Part shown: positions 37,046 through 43,148 of the stretch, one piece after another
How positions within the stretch are numbered: the first letter of the stretch is position 1
Layout of the letters: each line of letters opens with the position of its first letter
Source of the DNA: a virus
Taxonomy: Duplodnaviria; Heunggongvirae; Uroviricota; Caudoviricetes
DNA length: 43,148 bases
Strand: one strand, 5' to 3'
Virus record (IMG/VR): IMGVR_UViG_3300026521_000571
Program-made: the position numbers and the translations under genes
Notes under the pieces: generated by a model
The model's database searches: none
Told to the model about the DNA's origin: nothing
Seen by the model: the letters and a program-made list of their open reading frames with translations, nothing else

Positions 37046-40000
37046 ATGAATATAAGATTAGTATTTAACTCAAGAACTGGAATTCTTCGAGCAGAGAGAA
37101 GCGCTCGCTCGAACCCAAGAATAAAAAAACGGGTTCCATTTAATATGACAAGAAACTTTTGGAGCATCCCAGCGTATTCAATACTTCAGCAAATTTCTAT
37201 GCTGGATATGAAAATTCATAAAAGAAACCCACCTGGATTTCGAAAGGCTGCTAGAAATTACTATAGTCTATTACCACAAGATATTCCATTATATTTATTG
37301 GAGTTTGAGGAATTCTATAATGCTTTTGAAGATTATCTCTGGATTCAAGAACCTCAAGGATTGCGAAGACTTCTGAAGAAAGAAGTCGAGAAAACAATAG
37401 GTGTAAAACCGGCAAGTCAAAAAGCAACAATTGATGGAGTAGCCACAAGTATTTCGATTATTCTTGAAACAGGAACATCTCAATTAAAAGAAAATTTTAA
37501 AAAGCAGATAAAGAAACCATTTGATGTGTACTCAATTTTTTGGATGTATAAGACAGTTGATAAATTCTTTGGAGCGGTTAATAAGGCATCGCTTGTTTTG
37601 AACCCGAACTACAAAAAAATTATGCGAGCCGATCCAAAACGAGAACGCATTCTGAAATATTTTAATGAATCGATGTTGTATAGAAATACCACAAAATCCC
37701 CACGGGAAATCACGTACTCTAATCTTTTGACTCTTTTGAAGAATCAATCACAATCTGGAATAAAGGTTAATCTGTATTCAAATACAGGTGCTCCTTTTAA
37801 ATACATGAACTTCGAGAAATTACTTCTAGAAGATGGTAATGAGCAGTTGGTTGAAAAAGCACTCGTTGTTTATAATAATGATGATAGTTTCTTCGAGTTC
37901 AGAAGTACTTATTATTTCTTCGATCCAGAAGAAGTAAAGAAAAAACACGATGATATTTTTAATTATTTAATGAAGCCTGAGTTGCAAGATTTCATCGATG
38001 GTCTTAGGAACCTCAAAGATAAAAACACAAGCCTGAAAAATAAGGTTCCTGTTAAAAAATTAAAAGAGACAAGTTTTACAGGAACCCTGCAAGAGCATCA
38101 AGAAGAAGCATTAAGTTGGGCTTGGAGTTTAATTGAACAAGGAGCACCAGGTTTAATCCTAGCCGACGAGATGGGCATGGGAAAAGCATTAGAAAACAAC
38201 ACACCGATTAAAATTCCAGGCAGTTGGAAAAAAATTAAAAATATTAAAGTTAATGATTATGTTATTGGTAGAGATGGGTTTCCAACAAGAGTAACTGGCG
38301 TTTACCCACAAGGGATTCGCCAAATGTATAAAATTATTTTTGACGATGGACGTGAAATTGAAGCGGATGCTGAACATCTTTGGACAGTATTTATAGAAGA
38401 GAAAAATCAACAGGTTTCAACTACTAAAGAAATAATGAATTTATTGGAAAATAATAAATCAATATCTATACCGACTATAATTCCAGAATCAAATATAGAC
38501 ATAGAATCTAGATTAAAATATTTAAAATCATTAACTCAACATAGATCTCAAGAAATAATTTTAAATGATTTTGATCAAACCGGTATCAATGAATTAAAAG
38601 AATTAATTTATAGTTTAGGTGGTACATTAAAGATAATCAAAAATAAATTACAGTTTGAGTTCAAAAGCACTCTTGATATAAAAAATATTGAACCATCAAG
38701 AAAAACCGAGGCAACATGTATTTCAGTAGATAATCAAGATAAATTATTCGTCGCAAAAGATTATATTACAACACACAACACTATCTCGACAATTTCTTTC
38801 TTGAGTTCTCTGATGAAATATAAAAATTTCAAAACTATCTTAATTATATGTCCGAGTTCAGTTGTATCTGTTTGGGAAAATGAGCTAGCTCGCTTTGATC
38901 CAAAAGCAGCGAAGAAAATTGGCTCAGGAATCCAAATAATGAGCTATGAAAGAGCCATCCGAAATTCACCTAAGAAAGTAGATTTACTAATCCTAGATGA
39001 AGCCCAGAAGATTAAGAATAATAATACTTTGGCTTTTAAAAACATAAGCTTAATAGAAAAGAAGTTCGTGTGTATTTTAACTGGAACACCGATTGAAAAT
39101 AAAGTCGATGATCTATTTAGCCTCCTTCAAGTAATTAACCCAAGCGCTTGGCATCTATTTAAGATTATGAAAAAATCTTACAAAGATGTAGAAATGGTTA
39201 CTAAAATAAGGGAAGTAATAGATCCGATTTATTTACAACGACATAAGACATCGAATCAATTGAAAGCGAAGATGACTGTAGAAGAAGTTTTCATCCCCGC
39301 TCTTGATATTGAAAAGAAAATAACGAAAGAAATTAAAAAAGTATTCTCTGATAAAATGATTAAATTGAATGCTTCAAATAATCATGATTTTTATCAGACA
39401 CAAGTTGCTTTGACTGGACTTCTACGATTAAGACAAGCGGTTAGTTTGCCTAGTCAACTACCTGATGAATTAATTGAACACTTTGATCCAAAAGTCGGTA
39501 GAGTTGCTCAACATGTTGATCCAAGTAAAGCTAAAAAGTTGGTAGAGATTTATAAAAAAATACATCAGAATAAGCAGAAGGTTGTTGTATTCACTATGTT
39601 TTCTGGGACTATAAAATATCTCAAAGTGCTTCTAGAAAAAAATGGAGCCAATGTATTGACTCTCTCTGGACAAGATAGTAGTCAAAAAAGAAAAATCATG
39701 ATTGAAGAATTTCAGAGACCGGATTCAAAATATGATGTTTTTATAATTATGCTTAAAGCAGGAAATTCTGGGATTACCTTAACTAACGCAAATAATGTTG
39801 TACTCTATGACTTATGGTATAATCCGGCTGTAGTTGCACAAGCACTTGCTAGAGTCCATAGAATTGGTCAACAACTTGATGTTACTGCTTATATATTAAT
39901 TACTCAAGATTCAGTTGACGAAGCAATTAATAAAATATTCTTGAATAAAAATAAATTAATTGATGCTTTTAGTAAACCAAAAGACGCGTTGAAACCAGAT

Positions 40001-40054
40001 CTAAAAAAGAGCGAGATCGCTAATTTTGGAAAGGATTTATTTCAACAAAAATAG
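37046..40054 (+). CDS. SNF2-family helicase/translocase with an intein in motif I
   Basis: LADEMGMGK|intein|T, ICPSSV, LILDEAQKIKN, LTGTPIEN, VVVFTMF, AGNSGITLT, YDLWYNPA...QALARVHRIGQ. Confidence 0.93.
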   Translation: MNIRLVFNSRTGILRAERSARSNPRIKKRVPFNMTRNFWSIPAYSILQQISMLDMKIHKRNPPGFRKAARNYYSLLPQDIPLYLLEFEEFYNAFEDYLWIQEPQGLRRLLKKEVEKTIGVKPASQKATIDGVATSISIILETGTSQLKENFKKQIKKPFDVYSIFWMYKTVDKFFGAVNKASLVLNPNYKKIMRADPKRERILKYFNESMLYRNTTKSPREITYSNLLTLLKNQSQSGIKVNLYSNTGAPFKYMNFEKLLLEDGNEQLVEKALVVYNNDDSFFEFRSTYYFFDPEEVKKKHDDIFNYLMKPELQDFIDGLRNLKDKNTSLKNKVPVKKLKETSFTGTLQEHQEEALSWAWSLIEQGAPGLILADEMGMGKALENNTPIKIPGSWKKIKNIKVNDYVIGRDGFPTRVTGVYPQGIRQMYKIIFDDGREIEADAEHLWTVFIEEKNQQVSTTKEIMNLLENNKSISIPTIIPESNIDIESRLKYLKSLTQHRSQEIILNDFDQTGINELKELIYSLGGTLKIIKNKLQFEFKSTLDIKNIEPSRKTEATCISVDNQDKLFVAKDYITTHNTISTISFLSSLMKYKNFKTILIICPSSVVSVWENELARFDPKAAKKIGSGIQIMSYERAIRNSPKKVDLLILDEAQKIKNNNTLAFKNISLIEKKFVCILTGTPIENKVDDLFSLLQVINPSAWHLFKIMKKSYKDVEMVTKIREVIDPIYLQRHKTSNQLKAKMTVEEVFIPALDIEKKITKEIKKVFSDKMIKLNASNNHDFYQTQVALTGLLRLRQAVSLPSQLPDELIEHFDPKVGRVAQHVDPSKAKKLVEIYKKIHQNKQKVVVFTMFSGTIKYLKVLLEKNGANVLTLSGQDSSQKRKIMIEEFQRPDSKYDVFIIMLKAGNSGITLTNANNVVLYDLWYNPAVVAQALARVHRIGQQLDVTAYILITQDSVDEAINKIFLNKNKLIDAFSKPKDALKPDLKKSEIANFGKDLFQQK
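38186..38779 (+). mobile_element. Class 3 mini-intein (198 aa) with decayed LAGLIDADG remnant
   Basis: Starts with Ala (ALENNT); block B ADAEHLW, block F TCISV, block G TTHN/T give the W-C-T triad; splicing restores DEMGMGKT. Confidence 0.9.
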
Positions 40055-40085
40055 ATTCAAATATATTATATAAAAATAAAGGAAA

Positions 40086-40883
40086 ATGATGAGTTCAAAT
40101 ATAAAAAATAATAAAGTTATTATACTTGAGCAGGCTGTACTATCTGATGTTGAAATAATTGAAGAGAGTACTGTTGGTTCTCAATATAAACTTAAATTTA
40201 GAGCTAAACTACAAGAAGCAGATGTGATAAATAATAATAGACGTGTTTATCCGGCAGATACCCTTCAAGCAGTTTACGCACAATTGAAGCCGAAGGCTTT
40301 GGAACGCAAGTTAGTTGGTGAAATGGATCACCCACAACCAAGTGGAGATAATGCTAGTAAAATCAAGAGATCAAGTACGCTAGCTCTTGATAGAGTTTGT
40401 GTACTCTTCGCTGATCTTGAGTGGGATGGAAATTCTATTTTTGCAGTTTGTGAAACACTAAGTAATACTAAAGGAATGGATCTATATGCTTTATTGAAAG
40501 ATAGAGTGACAATAGGATTTAGTCTTAGAGCGTTCGGTGAAACTAGAAAAAGAGCGGATGGTGTTACTGAAGTTCTAGCTAAAGGAATAAAAGCATTAAC
40601 ATATGATGTTGTTGCTAATCCAAGTCACGATAATTCGGTTATCCTTGAATTCCTTGATGAAGGGACTAATATCCAGAGTGTTCTTCAAGAATTAACAGAG
40701 TCTTATAATAATATAAACAAAGTCGCATTGGAAGAAAGCTCGTCAATTCAAGGCGAATCTGAGGTTCATTGTTTCGGAAATATATGTATCAAAGCTCCTT
40801 TACAAGAGGCCATTGATTATATAGTTGAAGAAGCAGTCCAAATGAACACAGGAATCAAAAATATTAAAGTCCAGACGCTATAA
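40086..40883 (+). CDS. Prohead core protease, T4 gp21-like
   Basis: QEADVINNNRRVYP, GEMDHP, GFSLRAFG, YDVVANPS. Confidence 0.9.
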   Translation: MMSSNIKNNKVIILEQAVLSDVEIIEESTVGSQYKLKFRAKLQEADVINNNRRVYPADTLQAVYAQLKPKALERKLVGEMDHPQPSGDNASKIKRSSTLALDRVCVLFADLEWDGNSIFAVCETLSNTKGMDLYALLKDRVTIGFSLRAFGETRKRADGVTEVLAKGIKALTYDVVANPSHDNSVILEFLDEGTNIQSVLQELTESYNNINKVALEESSSIQGESEVHCFGNICIKAPLQEAIDYIVEEAVQMNTGIKNIKVQTL

Positions 40884-40975
40884 AATAATAGCTTTTGGAC
40901 ACAAGAACTAAAATATGCCCAAAGAAAATATTGCCCAAAATTTTCAAGACATATAAATGACAATTAGGAGAAAAT

Positions 40976-42589
40976 ATGCCTTTAAACACATCAACACTGT
41001 TGTTGGAAAACTATGGTTCTTTCATTAAAGATCATGAAACTCTTTTTGAAGATTCAGTGAGCGCAGCTCAAGTTATTTCTGACGATAGTTATTTCGAAAT
41101 GTATGTTGATAAACTTACAAGTGGTCTAGAAGAATCAGTAGTAAGTAGAATTAAACCTATTCTTGAAAGAGAAAGAGAAATGTACATAGAAGAGTCAGGG
41201 TCAATTTTGACATCTCCTCAAGCTATTGCGTATGCTATTTCTTCTTTCCCAATGTTAATTAACATCTATGCTGAGCCATTGCTAAGTAAAGTTGTAACAG
41301 TTTACCCAACTGATAAACCAACAATGTCTATTCCTAAACTTACTTGGATATCTAAAATTATAGATCACGCTGGTAATGAGACAGAAGTAGCATTCCCTAC
41401 AGCTAGACAAATGGTTAGACCAGATATGGTAACATTGACTCTTGCTTCTAAAACAGCTAATCTATTTAATCTTCTTGGAGATATTAGCCCAAGTGATTTC
41501 AGAATCTCTAAAAGAAATTTCAGAGTTAGAAATATTAGATCAGCTTCAGATGCAGAATCAATTCTTATCAGTGTTCAAGCGGACGCTAGAGGAAGCATAA
41601 TCTCTGAGTTCGATGTTCAAGCTGTGGATAGTGATGGAAATGCTATTATAGTTGATGGACAACCAGCTTTCGATGTTTATAAAATCCAAGGTCAAGTTGA
41701 TTTTGATTCAGGTGCTTTAACATGGTCAGTAATTCAAGTAGTTCAAATTGCTGGTTCTGAAAATGGTGCAGATAAATTTGATGCAGGTGAAATCGATGTT
41801 AAATTTAGAGTTTTCGGAAACGGAAATGGTAGAGGTGTAGTTAAATCTAGACCAAAACAAGAAATCATCGATATCGATATGGATATTGAAGATAGTTTCG
41901 AAGTAGAAAATATCGAAGAAATCATCCAAGATTGGAAATCTGTTTATAGTGTTAATGTCCTTGCAGAGTTGAAAAACTATGTTAAAGATCAAATTAAACT
42001 TAACAGAGACTTTGAAATTGCTGATAAACTAGAAGAAAATATTGCATTGGCTAAGAAAATTGGACAATACCAAGAAATCGATCTACAAGCATTCGTAGGA
42101 AGCGCTACAGATGATAAAGGTGTTAGACCAACTACAGTTCAAGATATCTTCAAAAACATCGTTCCTCAAATCATGGCAATGGTTGAAAGAATGAGAAGAC
42201 AAAACAACATGGATGTTCAATACCTAGTTTGTGGTATAGACGTAGCAGTTGTATTGAAATCTCTACAAGAATTCGCTGTTAAAATGGATGGAATGACTGG
42301 TGGAACAGGTCTATCTGGAACAACAGGTGACTTTGCAAAACTAGAGATTGTATCTTCTTATGCAGTAGAACCTTCACTACTTCACTTCGTAACTGGTGCT
42401 AATACACTAAGCAGAAGTTCAATCGTTGAGGTTATGTATAAGCCGTTGTACATCATCAATGAAATTACAAATTCAATTCGTAGAACATTCATAAAATCGC
42501 GAAACTGGATAGGAATTGTAAGAAGTTCTGGGATCGCCACAATAAAACTCAAAAACTACGAAATGTACTTCGCAGCAGCAGGTAGATAG
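40976..42589 (+). CDS. Major capsid protein, T4 gp23-like
   Basis: 537 aa directly after the protease, AGGAG RBS, gp23-like layout, followed by a strong hairpin. Confidence 0.82.
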   Translation: MPLNTSTLLLENYGSFIKDHETLFEDSVSAAQVISDDSYFEMYVDKLTSGLEESVVSRIKPILEREREMYIEESGSILTSPQAIAYAISSFPMLINIYAEPLLSKVVTVYPTDKPTMSIPKLTWISKIIDHAGNETEVAFPTARQMVRPDMVTLTLASKTANLFNLLGDISPSDFRISKRNFRVRNIRSASDAESILISVQADARGSIISEFDVQAVDSDGNAIIVDGQPAFDVYKIQGQVDFDSGALTWSVIQVVQIAGSENGADKFDAGEIDVKFRVFGNGNGRGVVKSRPKQEIIDIDMDIEDSFEVENIEEIIQDWKSVYSVNVLAELKNYVKDQIKLNRDFEIADKLEENIALAKKIGQYQEIDLQAFVGSATDDKGVRPTTVQDIFKNIVPQIMAMVERMRRQNNMDVQYLVCGIDVAVVLKSLQEFAVKMDGMTGGTGLSGTTGDFAKLEIVSSYAVEPSLLHFVTGANTLSRSSIVEVMYKPLYIINEITNSIRRTFIKSRNWIGIVRSSGIATIKLKNYEMYFAAAGR

Positions 42590-42609
42590 TAGATAATCGT
42601 TATTAACTC

Positions 42610-42639
42610 TCTAGAGATAGGCTTAAGCCTATCTCTAGA
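42610..42639 (+). terminator. 30-bp perfect palindrome after the capsid gene (terminator or mRNA-stabilising stem)
   Basis: tctagagataggcttaagcctatctctaga; no clear U-tract follows. Confidence 0.6.
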
Positions 42640-42762
42640 CCCTCATGTGCCTCGATTTCAACAGGCACCATCAGCAGTCCTTTTTAAACTCAATATAAAT
42701 AATTATTAATCGGCCTTGACAATATTGTAGACATTGGTCGAAAATAAATTAAAAGGGAAACG

Positions 42763-43148
42763 ATGAATTCTGAAGAATTACTATCTCAGTATAAAGAATT
42801 TTTTAAATTTTGTAAAAAATGGGATATCCTCGGGCAGAAGGCTTTTAAAGGTATCACGAAAATAAATGCAGCTCAAAAGAAAGCAAGAAAACGAGCTGAA
42901 GAGTGGTTATATAAATTAACAAGCTTTTTGCCGGAAGATTTTAATATCAACCTTAGGATGAAATATATACGATACGAGATAACTCCAGCGAACATGTATT
43001 GTCCAGTTTGTAAAAATAAATTACGTAAATGGAGTACTAAGAATACTAAATTTCTTATAACATGTGGTGATAAAGATAAAATACATCAAGATTATATAAA
43101 TAAAAGTATTGTAGAAAAATCGAAAGCAACATGCTTAGAAAAATATGG
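42763..43148 (+). CDS. Partial ORF (3' truncated), probable free-standing homing-endonuclease-like protein
   Basis: MNSEELLSQ...YCPVCKNK...ITCG...KSKATCLEKYG. Zn-ribbon plus CLEKYG motif recalled from phage endonuclease N-termini; catalytic domain lies outside the window. Confidence 0.6.
   Translation, partial: MNSEELLSQYKEFFKFCKKWDILGQKAFKGITKINAAQKKARKRAEEWLYKLTSFLPEDFNINLRMKYIRYEITPANMYCPVCKNKLRKWSTKNTKFLITCGDKDKIHQDYINKSIVEKSKATCLEKY

Noticed and set aside
8437-38672. Dyad repeats as a CRISPR array or integron attC array
   Set aside because: Copies are irregularly spaced, mostly inside intact ORFs; no spacer periodicity, cas or integrase genes in the window.
8437-38672. Dyad as a LexA (Cheo) box
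   Set aside because: The Cheo box is GAAC-N4-GTTC; here the half-sites are in the opposite order and mostly intragenic.
1020-41992. Remaining short antisense or nested ORFs in the track (e.g. 1020-1352, 3895-4155, 19106-19393, 28416-28757, 33743-34078, 41726-41992)
   Set aside because: They overlap longer motif-bearing genes and show no recognisable domains.
42694-42701. T4-type late promoter TATAAATA (also on the minus strand of the 106-bp element)
   Set aside because: This 8-mer is expected many times by chance at this AT content, and no exact copy precedes the capsid gene; not listed as a feature.
1-43148. tRNA/rRNA genes or a reassigned genetic code
   Set aside because: No cloverleaf or rRNA-like stretch seen; standard code 11 ORFs tile the window densely.

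Overview
AT-rich segment of a large tailed dsDNA phage (T4-like head proteins, probably a jumbo myovirus). AAGGA-type RBSs and the gene content suggest a Campylobacterota-type host, which is inference only. Left end: portal and virion/tail genes, including a cadherin-containing tail fibre. Right end: SNF2 helicase with a class 3 mini-intein, prohead protease, major capsid protein and a truncated homing-endonuclease-like ORF. Between them lies a ~24 kb modification island: seven radical SAM enzymes, a Cys-motif candidate substrate, glycosyltransferase-like proteins, a U32-like Fe-S protein, split transketolase, two deacetylases and an epimerase fused to an Ig-like domain. Two minus-strand blocks (ClpB, membrane proteins, HREDGPA-repeat protein, methyltransferase-like, nucleotidyltransferase) each start behind a copy of the same 106-bp element. 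The main DNA-level signals are: (1) a dispersed dyad GAGTKC-N4-GMACTC (15 exact copies, plus four N10 long palindromes), mostly inside accessory coding sequences and in different reading frames; (2) the first gene behind each 106-bp element is packed with perfect hairpins. All calls come from manual motif reading; no database searches were run.
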